In this document: piece by piece, positions 1 to 12,989 of the stretch
Layout of the letters: each line of letters begins with the position of its first letter
How positions within the stretch are numbered: the stretch's first letter is position 1
Assembly: GCA_030390025.1 (NCBI GenBank)
Contig: CM059432.1
Span: forward strand, 85,810,001 to 85,874,000
Reading direction: 5' to 3'
DNA: 64,000 nucleotides
From: Squalus acanthias
Lineage: Eukaryota
The notes under the pieces: model-generated
Databases searched by the model: none
What the model was told of the DNA's origin: nothing
Seen by the model: only the letters and a program-made list of their open reading frames with translations
Program-made: the position numbers and the translations under genes

Positions 1-219
1 TTAAGCCAAAACAATGAGAGGCCTATCCAAGAAAAATTAAGAAAATGGGGAAACTGAAAAACAACACTGAGGGTCTTGGAGATTTGTTAATTCGATCATC
101 ATTGCCTCTCTAACATAATGCTCTCAGATTAAATTCCTGCGGGGGCCCTACTCATGGAATCTATACGATAGCAAAGCATAAGTCCATATTGGCCTTGCTC
201 CACCTACTTCTGCAGCCTC

Positions 220-490
220 CTCCAGCCCTACGGCCGAACTTGAAACCTCTGCTCTTTAGACCTCTTCTCTATTTCACCAACAGGACAGGATCTTCAGTTA
301 TCATGCTCCTACACTCTGGTATTGCCTTCCTAAATCCCTTCGTTGTGTCACATCTCTCACCCCTTTAAAACCTCCTCAAAACTTATTTTATGGACTCTGC
401 ATACTGTCACCTCCTTGATCCTACTTCCCATTTGGTGTTAGATCCCCTCTTTTCCTATGTTAAAGTTGCTGTATAAGCACAAGTAATTGT
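220..490 (+). mobile_element. Degenerate L2 LINE 3' tail
   Basis: Resembles the L2 tails at 11600-11730 and 35500-35730 (ctctgg..ttccctaaa..cctttaa..ctcc..aaa..; taaag..gct.tata.....aagt). Confidence 0.5.
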
Positions 491-1789
491 AAAATTATTT
501 AAAAATGTGTTTCAAATTATTTTTAAATAATAAAAATTGTCTTACTACCTGGGTATATGAAGCATCTACATCACCTAAATGCATTGTTCCATAATGGCCA
601 TGAAGGTGGATAAAGACTGCTGGCAGTAGATTAGAAAAAACAGCCATTTAGATTTATTAGTATATTGGAAGTTACTTGTCCTATTTTATATAAAGTGGGG
701 TTGTGAAACAGAAATCCTTGAATGGTCTTCAAGAAGTCCACTCATCTAAAAAGCAATAAAACAGTAAGATATATTGACTAGTAAATTATTAATGACAGAA
801 ATACTAATGACTAGATGAATAGCCAAAAATGATCCTTGTTGATAAAGTAATGTGATTTTGAAATCTTTTTATGCTACTACAGGTTTCCTTTGTTTCTTTT
901 ACAAATACAGTTGTGCTGCAGTTAACATCTATCAATCAACATCTAGGGATAGAAGATCAGTACAGGAAAGTCTCACACTAGTACTCTTATCAAAGTGTCT
1001 GGCTTGCAATTTATTTTGTTAATCCTTCGATGGGCCAGGTAGTTGCTTGAGCTTGGTTTAATCTACTTTCATCAATTCTCACCACTTTGTTTGGAACAAG
1101 TGAAAGAAGCATATTACTTCCTAAGACCCACTTTCAAACATCTTGTGCCCAGCTTCTCTTCAATTGCCACATTCATTGCAACGTAATATACACTACTCTG
1201 TGAACTTATTGTATGTTCGACACGAGATACAGTGCTCAGTTACCAGAAACTGGATTCAGGCTCTTGCTGGAACCTTTGATGATGCAGCTTTGATTACGGA
1301 TTCAGGGCAGCATTCCAACCTGTATTTCAAACTGTAACCAGGCTCTAGTAGATTTTCTCATGTGGGTAAAAAAAAATTACCGTCTAGCAAAAATATGACT
1401 GAATAATACCTACATTTTGTAAGGTGTATTTAAAGCTGGAAGACATAGGCACCACTGTTATCTTAGCTGCAGAGAAGTCTGTATCTTCCATCTTTAGTCA
1501 ACTTCCATCGTAGATACAAGCTCAAAATGGCAACAGATAAGGCCAAGACCCAGGAGAAAGTTGCCTGTTCTGTCTCTCACCCTAGTGCTTGGGAAAAATG
1601 CAAGAGGCAATATAAAATCTGTATATATTTAATGTACACAGTAGCAGCATTAATGTACATAAAATGGTAAGGATTCGGTACCTATGTACATTTGAAAGCT
1701 GATAGTAGAATATAACAAAAGCCACAGAATTACAGTTAATACACACATTAATTTAGACATTAACTAGCTACACATCATTGTTAATACAT

Positions 1790-2542
1790 CAAGAAAGCCA
1801 ATGGAATGTTGGCTTTTATTGCTAGGGGGATAGAATATAAAAACAGGGAGGTATTGCTGCAGTTGTATAGGGTATTGGTGAGACCGCACCTGGAGTACTG
1901 CATACAGTTTTGGTGTCCATACTTAAGAAAAGACATACTTGCTCTCGAGGCAGTACAAAGAAGGTTCACTTGGTTAATTCCAGGGATGAGGGGGTGGACA
2001 TACGAGGAGAGGTTGAGTAGATTGGGACTCTACTCATTGGAGTTCAGAAGAATGAGAGGCGATCTTATTGAAACATATAAGATTGTGAAGGGGCTTGATC
2101 GGGTGGACGCGGTGAGGATGTTCCCAATGATGGGTGAAACTAGAACTAGGGGACATAATCTTAGAATAAGGGGCTGCTCTTTCAAAACTGAGATGAGGAG
2201 AAACTTTTTCACTCAGAGGGTAGTAGGGTCTGTGGAATTTGCTACCCCAGGAAGCTGTGGAAGCTACTTCATTAAATAAATTTAAAACCGAAATAGACAG
2301 TTTCCTAGAAGTAAAGGGAATTAGGGGTTACGGGGAGCGGGCTGGAAATTGGACATGAGTTTGAGTTCGGATCGGTCAAGGCCCTGTGGGTGGCGGAGCG
2401 GGCCTGGTCCTGCTCCTACTTCTTGTGTTCTTTAGAGTTGAGGTTGGATCAGATCAGCCATGATCTCATTGAATGGCGGAGCAGGCTCGAGGGGCCGATT
2501 GGTCTACTCCTGCTCCTATTTCTTATGTTCTTATGTTCTTAT
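1790..2542 (+). mobile_element. CR1 LINE (family B), 5'-truncated, RT C-terminus plus 3' UTR
   Basis: ORF 1806-2279 carries CR1 ORF2 C-terminal motifs (LYRVLVRPHLEYC, RRMRGDLIETYKI, TRGH). Ends in the (TTCTTATG)n tail typical of CR1. Confidence 0.93.
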
Positions 2543-3123
2543 AGAGGCCCTAAGGATTAAGTTTCTCAAAATAAGGCTAACCGTTGTACCAGTTTATATG
2601 GCATTAATTAATTTTTGAAAGTGGAATAATCCTTCCATTTTATTTAAACTAGTGAGACTACATCTCTGTGTGAATGGTGCAACAAATTATTTTTAAAAAG
2701 CCTTAGACCCAATCTTGGCCATGTTATTGTGATTATGCCAAGCAATGGCTCGAGTGGTACTGGGAAGCAGGGTAATAGTGTGTTCTGCAAGACTCTGCCC
2801 CCAAAAATGTATGGAAAAAATTGAACTAGGGTTGAACTGTGAAGTCCCGTCCAACTCCAAATTCATTCGAATTTACTCAATATGCGCATATTGGCACATT
2901 TTGAAAATGGCTCAGTTTGGATCTGCTGCCTTGAATTTTTCCAAATCAGTAAGGACAGAGTAGTAACACTGAAACCACTTAAAAATATCAGGCTAAATAG
3001 AACCCTAATATCACCAGCCATGTTTTAAAGCAAAGTGTTTTCACACAAGTTTTTACAAAAGAGACTGAGGTGGGAGATGATTAAAATGCTAAAGAGCTAA
3101 ACTTTGAAATTGTTAAGTCATAG

Positions 3124-3518
3124 GTGCCAGCCGTGGCTCAGTTGGTAGCACTTTCACCTCTGAGTCAGAAGGTTGTGGGATAAAGTCCCACTCCAGAGAC
3201 TTGAGCACAAAAATCTAGGCTGACACTCCAGTGCTGCACTGTCAGAAATGCCATCTTTTGGATGAGACATTAAACTCTGCTCTCTCAGGTGGACATAAAA
3301 GATCCCATGGCACTATTTAGAAGAAGAGAAGGGGAGTTCTCCTCGGTGTCCTGGCCAATATTTATCCCTCAATTAACATCACTAAAAAACAGATTATCTG
3401 GTCATTATCACATTGCTGTTTGTGGGAGCTTGCTGTGCACAAACTGGCTGTCGCGTTTCTTACATTACAATAGTGACTTTGGGACGTCGTGAGGTTGTGA
3501 AAGGCTAGTCTTTCTTTA
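3124..3518 (+). mobile_element. tRNA-headed DeuSINE (SacSINE1/AmnSINE1-like)
   Basis: tRNA-like head (TGGCTCAGTTGG A box). Deu-domain-like core (AAAGATCCCATGGCACT...GGTGTCCTGGCCAA...GCTGTGCAC). L2-like tail (TTTGGGACGT..GAGG..GTGAAAGG). Confidence 0.8.
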
Positions 3519-5679
3519 TAGAATAAATACAATATTATGATAGCATACCCAAAAATGATTTGTACTGCACAAAACCGAGCAACAATAAAGAGACAGAAAG
3601 TAACAAATGTGGAATTAGAAATGTTAAAATTCTGGAGGCAATTATTCACACAAAGGAGGACAAGCAAACTGCCCTGCCAGAAGTAAAAAAAATGGGTCAT
3701 ATGGTAAACAAAATCTCTTCATGAAATATTGTTTCATACCACTAGATGGTGCTACTGCATGGCACATAGCCAACTCTCACAATTACAGTATGCAAAGCAG
3801 CATGGTGTGAATAAGGTGCAGCCAGAGGACAATATTGATTAACTGACCCATCTACATTCTAATTCACCCAACATTACTTATGAATATTTATAAATACATT
3901 TATGCTAGATCTGCAACTTTTCCCAAATAATCAATGGTTGAGACAGCCACGTTGAGTATCCATAAAATGATTTCTGATAGACAAATATTAAACAGAATAT
4001 AATTAAAAATAGTGCAACAATACATACTGCAAAAATAAATTATTAAGATCTATCTACGTACATTTAATGCTACATTATCAATTAGGAGGCAATTTAATTA
4101 CACAATTGAACTGAAAACCAAAGTAGCATACACAACATTCTATGCAGTAAAAAGGGAAACTGAATTTCTACTAATCAATGAGATACTGTCTGAGCTAGGA
4201 CTGAATCAAGTCATCAAATTCAGTACGAACACAACATATATATCACACATTCTGATAGTACACAAATATGTTAAACTTAATTGTTTCCTGCATTCTAGGC
4301 CAAGCGTTTGCAACCATCTTCAGTCAGAAGTGCCGAGTGGATGATCCATCTTGGCCTCCTCCTGAGGTCCCCACCATCACAGAAGCCAGTCTTCAGCCAA
4401 TTCGATTCACTCCACGTGATATCAAGAAACGGCTGAGTGCACTGGATACAGCAAAGGCTATGGGCCCTGACAATATCCCGGCTGTTGTGCAGAAGACTTG
4501 TGCTCCAGAACTAGCCGTGCCTCTAGCCAAGCTGTTCCAGTACAGCAACAATGCTGGCATCTACCCGACAAAGTGGAAAACTGCCCAGGTATGTCCCATC
4601 CACAAAAAGCAGGATAAATCCAATCTGGCCAATTACTGACCCATCAGTCTACTCTCAATCATCAGCAAAGTGATGGAAGGTGTTGTCGACAGTGCTATCA
4701 AGCAGCACTTACTCACCGATAACCTGCTCACCGATGCTTAGCTTGGTTTCCGCCAGGACCACTCGGCTCCAAACCTCATTACAGCCTTGGTCCGAACATG
4801 GACAAAAGAGCTGAATTCCAGAGGTGAGGTGAGAGTGACTGTCCTTGACATCAAGGCAGCATTTGACCGAGTGTGGCGTCAAGGAGCCCTCGTAAAATTG
4901 AAGTCAAACTCTCCACTGGCTGGAGTCATACCTAGCACAAAGGAAGATGGTTGTGGTTGTTGAAGGCCAATCATCTCAGCCCTAGGACATCGCTGCAGGA
5001 GTTCCTCAGGGCAGTGTCCTAGGCCCAACCATCTTCAGCTGCTTCATCAATGACCTTCTCTCCATCATAAGGTCAGAAGTGGGGATGTTCGCTGATGACT
5101 GCACAGTGTTCAGTGCCATTCACAACTCCTCAGATAATGAAGCAGTCTATGCCCGCATGCAGCAAGCCCTGGACGACATTTAGGCTTGGGCTGATAAGTG
5201 GCAGGTAATATTCGCGCCACACAAGTGCTGAGCAATGACTATCTCCAACAAGCGAGAGTCTAACCGCCACCCCTTGACATTTAATGGCATTACCATCACC
5301 GAATCCCCCAACATCAACATCCTGGGGTCACCATTGACCAGAAACTTAACTGGACCAGTCACATAAATACTGTGGCTACAAGAGCAGGTCAGAGGCTAGG
5401 TATTCTGCAGCGAGTGTCTCTCCTCCTGGCTCCCCAAAGCCTTTCCACCATCTACAAGGCACAAGTCAGGAGTATGATGGAATACTCTCCACTTGCCTGG
5501 ATTAGTGCAGCTCCAACAACACTCAAGAAGCTCGACACCATCCAGGACAAAGCAGCCCGCTTGACTGGCACCCCATCCACCACCTTAAACATTCACTCCC
5601 TCCACTACTGGCGTACCGTGGCTGCAGTGTGTACCATCTACAAGATGCACTGCAGCAGGCTGCAGCGAGGTCCTCCCGA

Positions 5680-6040
5680 CCCCGCTGCTGGTCCATGCTG
5701 CGCCACTCCTGGGCCTTGACCTTGCTGCTGGGCTCGTCCTCACTCCTGGAACCCGACCTCGCTCCTGGGTTCCGACCTCGCTGCTCCTCCCGCCCCTGCT
5801 CCTGGGCCTCGACCTTGCTCCTGGGCCCTGTCCTCGCCCCTGGGCCTCAACCTCGCTCCTGGGACCTGACCTCACTCCTGGATCCAGTCCTCGCTCCTGA
5901 GTCCCGACCTCGCTCCTGGATCCCGTCCTCGCTCCTGGATCCCGTCCTCGCTCCTAGGTCCCTACCTCGCTCCTGGATCTCGTCCTCGCTCCTGGGTCCT
6001 GACCTCGCTCCTGGGTCCTGGCCTTGCTCCTGGGCCTCAA
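5680..6040. repeat. GC-rich minisatellite, 19-bp unit (CTCGCTCCTGGRTCCCGWC-like), roughly 18-19 copies
   Basis: Directly visible tandem units such as ctcgctcctggatcccgtc and ctcgctcctgggtcctgac. Confidence 0.9.
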
Positions 6041-6174
6041 ACAGCCGGTGTAGGCCTGAAGCCCCGAATAAAAGCCCACATACCCCGTGTTTGCCCCGGT
6101 TAGTGACCGCCCAGGTGAGCGGGGTCACTGGTCGCCATCTTGTGAAGCCTTGATAACCTGTGTATTACTCCAGG

Positions 6175-6290
6175 TCTCCTCCCCCTGACTCTCGCTCCCG
6201 CTCTCCCCGACTCTCGCTCTCCCCGACTCTCGCTCTCCACGACTCCCACTCCCGCTCTCCCCGACTCTCGCTCTCGCTCTCCCCGATTCT
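6175..6290. repeat. CT-rich simple tandem repeat (CTCTCCCCGACTCTCG)n
   Basis: Directly visible. Confidence 0.85.
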
Positions 6291-6344
6291 TGCGGGAAGG
6301 AGGGAGGAGGACAGTGGGAGTATGTTTGTGTGTGTGTGCTAGGC

Positions 6345-7591
6345 CAATGTGACAGAGCCTGGTCTCCAATCGTCTTGGATCCCCTTGCCATTGGACCAAG
6401 ACCTTGCTCTGTCAAGCCCGTATGGTAGCTGGTGTGCAACGGCCATCCCACGTTAAAAGAATTCACGCACAGGCCACTTCCACCCTTTAAAATGAAGTTC
6501 GGGACCTGGAACGTCAGGACCCTCATGGACAACCCCAACAGCGACAGACCGGAACGCCGTACTGCTATCGTTGCCCGGGAGCTCAGACGTTTCGGCATAA
6601 TCATCGTTGCCCTAAGCAAGACCCGGCGGGCAGGGGAAGGCCAGTTCAAGGAGCAAGGCGGTGGTTACACCTTCTTCTGGAAAGGCAAACCTGAAGAAGA
6701 ATGCTGCAATGCTCCATCTCAACCTCAGTAAGCTCCCCGCTAGAGTGGAGCTAATCTACAGAACAAACGGGAAACTTTTCAACCTCCGTCGCCTCTGGTC
6801 CAGATCCAAGGTCGTCCCATCCTCTGTCATCGAATTACAGTATGCAGACGCTTCCGTCTGCGCACACTCTGAGGTCGAACTCCAAACCATCATCAACACC
6901 TGCACTGAAGCGTACGAGAGCATGGGCCTTACACTAAACATCCACAAGACAAAGGTCCTCTACTAACTTGCCCCCACCACACAGTACTGCTCCCCGATTA
7001 TCAAAATCCATGATGAGGCCTTGGACAACGTGGACCACTTTCCATACCTCGTCAACAAGGGCAGACGTCAATGACGAAGTCCAGCACCGCCTTCAGTGTG
7101 CCAGTGCAGCCTTCGGTCGCCTGAGGAAGAGAGTGTTTGAAGACCAGGACCTCAAACCCAGCACCAAGCTCATGGTCTACAGAGCAGTAGTGATATCTGC
7201 CCTCCTGTATGCTTCAGAGACATGAACCATGTACAGCAGGCACCTCAAAGCACTGGAGAGATACCACCAACGCTGCCTCCGCAAAATCCTGCAAATCCAT
7301 TGGCAGGATAGGCGCACTAACGTCAGTTTTCTCGCTCAGGCCAACATCCCCAGCATCGAAGTTTTGACCACGTCCAATCAGCTCCGATGGACGGGCCACA
7401 TCGTCCGCATGCCCGATACGAGACTCCCAAAGCAAGCGCTCTACTTGGAGCTCCGACATGGCAAGAGAACCCCAGGTGGGCAGAGGAAATGCTTCAAGGA
7501 CACCCTCAAAGCCTCCTTAAAAAAGTGCAACATCCCCACTGACACCTGGGAATCCTTGGCCCAAGACCGCACAAAGTGGAGGAGAAGCATC
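6345..7591 (+). mobile_element. RTE-clade LINE, internally deleted and 3'-truncated
   Basis: APE N-terminus MKFGTWNVRTL...VALSKTR...GYTFFWKG (6492-6700) is joined directly to RT C-terminal parts (LQYAD, GLTLNIHKTKV, YHQRCLRKIL, QLRWTGHIVRM, GGQRK.FKD.LK). Confidence 0.9.
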
Positions 7592-8589
7592 CGCCAAGGC
7601 TTCTTCGACAGCACCTCCCAAACCCACAACCTCTACCACCTAGAAGGACAAGGGTAGCAGGTGCATGGGAACACCATCACCTCCAAGTTCCCCTCCAAGT
7701 CACACACCATCCTGACTTGGAAATATATCGCTGTTACTTCATAGTCGCTGGGTCAAAATCCTGGAACTCCCTCCTTAATAGCACTATGGAAGTACCTTCA
7801 CCACGCGGACGGCAGCGGTTCAAGAAGGTGGCTCATCACCACCTTCTCAAGGCAATTAGGATGGGCACATCCCAGGAACAAATTTTTAAAAAGCTACATT
7901 TCCTGGTACTAAGCATTTGCCATTTCTACAAATATGAGAATTTCTTGAGGGACCATACAAAACAAGAAGACTTTTATAGATGTTTCCTCTCTGAGGACTA
8001 TCTTCTAATCGTAACTGATGAATAGAGATTGTGAAATTTACACTTGGGCTAGTCCCAAGTATGATACTCATCCATTGGTATATCTTCCACAACCCCCATC
8101 CAAAAATGAAAATAGACAATAGCTTACCTTGAAATAGATATATTCTTACTTTACATATTCTCTTTGTTTCAGTTTCAGACATCGAAATATCACACTATAT
8201 TTCAGCTCTTTCTGAAAACAGTGTACAAAGCTCTTACTGTTGAATGAAAGTCCTTAAAACAAGAACTATTGTAATTCTTGGAAAATTACGAAGTAATACC
8301 TCATCACACTTGATATCAATCACCTATGGGTCTTCAATTTGGTTGAAAATTGATAATCAAGCTTTCTACATTTATAAACCCAACAGATAATGTGGCTTTT
8401 TATAAAGCACATCAAGAAGAAAAGAAATATTAAAACAGATGCATATGATTGATTAACATATACAGACCAATCTAAACCACTCAAGATCAAACAAGGTGAT
8501 GAGGTACTAGCTCGTCAAAGGAAAGAAGGAAAACTATGTACACTGTTTAATCCAAAACCACATATATAGCAGGCATCATCAATACATTC

Positions 8590-10686
8590 TTTCAGATGAT
8601 ATGTTAAACTGAGGCCCCTTCTGCCTTCTTAAGTGGTACGGTAGCATAATGGTTATGTTACTGGCCTAGTAATCCAGAGGCTAGACTAATGATCGGGAGA
8701 CATGAGTTCAAATTCTACCACGGCAGCTGGGGAATTTAAATGTAATTAATTAAGTAAATCTGGAATATAACCATCTTCAGCCAGTGGATGATCCATATCA
8801 GCCTACTCCCGAGGTCCCCACCATCACAGAAGCCAGTCTTCAGCCAATTCGATTCACTCCACGTGATATCAAGAAACGCCAGGGCGCACTGGATACAGCA
8901 AAGGCTATGGGCCCTGACAATATTCTGGCTATCGTACTGAAGACTTGTGCTCCAGAACTAGCTGCGCCTCTAGCCAAGCTGTTCCAGTACAGCTACAACA
9001 CTGGCATCTATCCGACTTTGGGGAAAACTGCCCAGGTATGTCCTGTCCAGGACAAATCCAATCCGGCCAATTACCGCCCCATCAGTCTACTCTCAATCAT
9101 CAGCAAAGTGATGGAAGGTGTCATCAACAGTGCTATCAAGTGGCATTGACTCACCAATAACCTGCTCACTGATGCCCAGATTGGGTTCCACCAAGATCAC
9201 TCAGCTCCCGACCTCATTACAGCCTTGGTCCAAACATGGACAAAGGAGCTGAATTCCAGAGGTGAGGTGAGAGTGACTGTCCTTGACATCAAGGCAGCAT
9301 TTGACCGAGTGTGGCATCAAGGAGCCCTAGTAAAACTGAAGTCAATGGGAATCGGGGGGAAAACTCTCCACTGGCTGGAGTCATACCTAGCACAAAGGAA
9401 GATGATTGTAGTGGTTGAAGGTCAATCATCACAGACCCAGGACATTGCTGCAGGAGTTCCTCAGGGCAGTGTCCGAGGCCCAACCATCTTCAGCTGCTTC
9501 ATCAATGACCTTCCCTCCAACATAAGGTCAGAAATGGGGATGTTCGCTGATGACTGTTCAGTGCCATTCACAATCCTCAGATAATTAAGCAGTCCATGCC
9601 CGCATGCAACAAGACCTGGACGACGTTCAGGCTTGGGCTGATAAGTGGCAGGTAATATTCGTGCCACACAAGTGCCAGGCAATGACTATCTCCAACAAGC
9701 GAGAGTCTAACCACCGCCCCTTGACATGCAACAACATTATCATCGCCGAATCCCCCACTATCAACATCCTGGGGATCACCATTGACCAGAAACTTAACTG
9801 GACCAGCCACATAAAAACTGTGGCAACAAGAGCTGGTCAGAGGCTAGGTATTCTGCGGCGAGTGTCTCACCTCCTGACTCCCCAAAGCCTTTCCACCATC
9901 AACAAGGCACAAGTAAGGAGTGTGATGAAATGCTCTCCACTGCCTGGATGAGTGCAGCTCCAACAACACTCAAGGAGCTCGACACCATCCAGGACAAAGC
10001 AGCCCGCTTGATTGGCACCCCATCCACCACCTTAAACATTCACTCCATCCACCACCAGCGTACCATGGCTGCAGTGTGTACCATCTAAAAGATGCACTGC
10101 AGCAACTCGCCAAGGCTTCTTTGGCAGCACCTCACAAACCCGCGACCTCTTCCACCTAAAAGGACAAGGGCAGCAGGCGCATGGGAACACCACCAAGTTC
10201 CCCTCCAAGTCATACACCATCCTGACTTGGAAATATATCGGCGATCATTCATCGTCGCTGGGTCAAAATCCTGGAACTCCCTATCTAACAGTACTGTGGG
10301 AGTACCTTCACCACATGGGATGCAGTGGTCCAAGAAGGCGGTTCACCACCACCTTCTCAAGGGCAATTAGGGATGGGCAATAAATGCTGGCCTTGCCAGC
10401 GACGCCCGCATCCCAGGAATGAATAAAAATAGTAAAAGATCCCATGGCACTATTTGAAGAGCAGGGTGTCCCCGGTGTCCTGGCCAATTTTTATCCCTCA
10501 ACTTATACTTAAAACAGATTATACACTCACTATCTCATTGCTGTTTGTGGGACCTTGCTGTGCACAAATTGGCTGCCGCGTTTCATACAACAGTGACTAC
10601 ACTTCAAAAGTACTTCATTGGTTGTGAAGTGCTTTGGGATGTCCCGAGGTTGTGAAAATCATGATATAAACGCAAATTCATTCGTT
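8590..10686 (+). mobile_element. DeuSINE split by a family A LINE (pieces 8590-8633 and 10431-10686)
   Basis: cagatga..gttaaactgaggcccc... continues after the LINE as gtaaaagatcccatggcactattt..., colinear with the SINE at 3124-3518. Confidence 0.8.
8634..10430 (+). mobile_element. Family A LINE with tRNA-derived head, internally deleted
   Basis: Head with A box (TAGCATAATGG) and B box (GAGTTCAAATTC) joined at about 8770 to the RT region (ORFs 8784-9149, 9225-9584, 9604-9951). Tail gggcaataaatgctggccttgccagcgacgcc. Confidence 0.92.
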
Positions 10687-10967
10687 CAAACTGTTCAATA
10701 AAAGCATATAGCAAGTAGAAATTCATCAGGCATCAAGATGACTGAATTTTGAGGGAGCCTGTTTGTCTTGGATGATGATGGTAACAGAAACTACAACATG
10801 CATTTCATAGAATCATAGAATCATAGCACAGTACAGCACGGAAGGAGGCCACTCGGCCCATCAAGTCTGTGCTGGCTCTTTCGAAGACCAATCCAGTTAG
10901 TCCCACTTCCCTGCTCTTTCCCATATTCCTGCAATTTTTTCTCCTTCAAGTATTTATCCAATTCCCT

Positions 10968-12989
10968 TACTGGATGAGCAGAAATTTCCTCCAACTAAAT
11001 ATTGGGAAGACCAAAGCCATAGTCTTCGGTCCCCGCCACAAAATCCATTCCCTAGCCACCAACTCCATCCCTCTCCCTGGCAACTGTCTGAGGCTAAACC
11101 AGTATGTTCGCAACCTTGGTATCATATGTGACCCCGAGATGAGCTTCCGACCACATATCTGCGCCATTACTAAGACCACCTATTTCCACCTCCGGAACAT
11201 CGCCCTACTCTGCCCGTGCCTCAGCTCATCTGCTGCTGAAACCCTCATCCATGCTTTTGTTACCTCTAGACTTGACTATTCCAATGCACTCCTGGCTGGC
11301 CTCCCACTTTCTACCCTCTGTAAACTTGAGGTCATCCAAAACTCTGCTGCCAGTGTCCTAACTCTCACTAAGTCCCGTTCACCCATCATCCCTGTGCTCA
11401 CTGACCTACATTGGCTCCCAGTTAAGCAATGCCTCAATTTTAAAATTCTTATCCTTGTTTTCAAATCCCTCCATATCCTCGCCCCCTCCCTATCTCTGTG
11501 ATCTCCTCCAGTCCCACAACCCTCCAAGATATCTGTGCTCCTCTATTTCTGGCCTCTTGAGCATCCCCGATTTTAATCACTCCACCATTGTTGGCCATGC
11601 CTTCAGCTGCCAAGGCCCTAAGCTCTGGAATTCCCTCCCTAAACCTCTCCGCCTCTCTTTCCTCCTTTAAGACACTCCTTAAAACGTACCTCTTTGATCA
11701 AGGTTTTGGTCATCTGCCCTAATATCACCTTATAAGAACATAAGAACATAAGAAATAGGAGCAGGAGTAGGCCATTTGGCCCTTCGAGCCTGCTCCGCCA
11801 TTCAATAAGATCATGGCTGATCTTCTACCTCATCTCTACTTCCTGAAATATCCCCATATCCCTTGATTCCCTTAATATTCAAATATCTATCGATATCTGT
11901 CTTGAATATACTCAACGATTGAGCCTTCACAGCCCTCTGGGTAGAGAATTCCAAAGATTCACCACCCTCTGAGTGAAGAAATTTCTCCTCATCTCAGTCC
12001 TAAATGGCCGACCCCTTATTCTGAGACTATGACCCCTGGTCCTAGACTCCCCAGCCAGGGGAAACATCCTCCTTGCATCTATCCTGTCAAGCCCTGTAAG
12101 AATTTTGTATGTTTCAATGAAATCACCTCTCATTCTTCTAAACTCTAGAGAATATAGGCCTAGTCTACTCAATCTGTCCTCATAGGACAATCCCCCCATC
12201 CCAGGAACTAGTCTGGTGAACCTTCGTGCACTCCCTCTATGGCAAGTATATCTTTCCTTAGGTAAGGAGACCAATACTGTACACAATACTCCAGGTGTGG
12301 TCTCACCAGGGCCCTATATAATTGCAGTAAGACGTCTTTACTCTTATCCTCTTGTAATAAAGGCCAACATACCATTTGCTTTCCTAATTGCTTGCTGTAC
12401 CTGCATGTTAACTTTCAGTGATTCGTGTACAAGGACACCCAGGTCCCTCTGAACACCAACATTTCCCAATCTCTCACCATTTAAAAAATACTCTGCTTTT
12501 CTATTTTTCCTACCAAAGTGAATAACTTCACATTTCTCCACATTATATTTCATTTGCCATGTTCTTGCCCACTCACTTAGCCTGTCTATATCCCCTTGAA
12601 GCCTCCTTGCATCCTCCTCACAACTTACATTCCCACCCAGCTTTGTATCATCAGCAAACTTGGATATATTACATTTGGTCCCCTCATCCAAATCATTGAT
12701 GTAGATTGTGAATAGCTGAGGCCCAAGCACTGATCCTTGCGGTACCCCACTAGTTACAGCCTGCCAACCCGAAAATGACGTTTATTCCTACTCTCTGTTT
12801 TCTGTCCGTTAACCAACCCTCAATCCCTGCTAGTATATTACCCCCAATCCCATGAGCCCTAATTTTGTTTAATAACCTCTTGTGTGGCACCTTATCGAAT
12901 GTGGCTCGGTGTAAAATTTTGTTTTATAATGCTCCTGTGAAGCACCTTGGGAAGTTTTACGGTGCTATATAAATACAAGTTATTGTATT
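10968..12989 (+). mobile_element. L2 LINE 3' part split by a CR1 (pieces 10968-11733 and 12898-12989)
   Basis: ORF motifs WMSRNFLQLNIGKT, HAFVTSRLDYSNALL, LHWLPV. The tail resumes as atgtggctcggtgt...gtgctatataaatacaagtt. Confidence 0.9.
11734..12897 (-). mobile_element. CR1 LINE (family B), 5'-truncated
   Basis: ORFs 12344-12730 (KFADDTK) and 11927-12286. (aagaacat)n tail at 11734. Very similar to the copy at 60790-61995. Confidence 0.93.

Larger units (their letters stand above)
4297..7880 (+). mobile_element. CR1-group LINE family A, 5'-truncated, split by a 1.9-kb insert (pieces 4297-5657 and 7592-7880)
   Basis: RT motifs KAMGPDNIP, DIKAAFD, GVPQGSVLGP, MFADD. The sequence resumes after the insert (gcactgcagca ... 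cgccaaggcttcttcg). Confidence 0.92.

Noticed and set aside
3124..3200. tRNA gene candidates here and at 8634, 36830-36901, 50984 and 53667
   Set aside because: No complete cloverleaf or terminator. Each continues into a SINE or LINE body.
5680..6040. Regular repeats resembling a CRISPR array, with long ORFs on both strands
   Set aside because: Units are contiguous 19-mers without unique spacers, there are no cas genes, and the context is vertebrate. The ORFs are open only because the GC-rich repeat lacks stops.
6345..6490. HDV-like ribozyme at the RTE 5' end
   Set aside because: Known for some RTEs, but I could not assign the nested double-pseudoknot pairings by eye. It needs a motif search.
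8128..8211. Minus-strand exon-like segment (tgttttcag ... CAAG|gtaagc), and similar isolated donors near 549, 24388 and 27225
   Set aside because: No recognisable protein, and such sites occur by chance in AT-rich DNA. Not supportable without RNA data.
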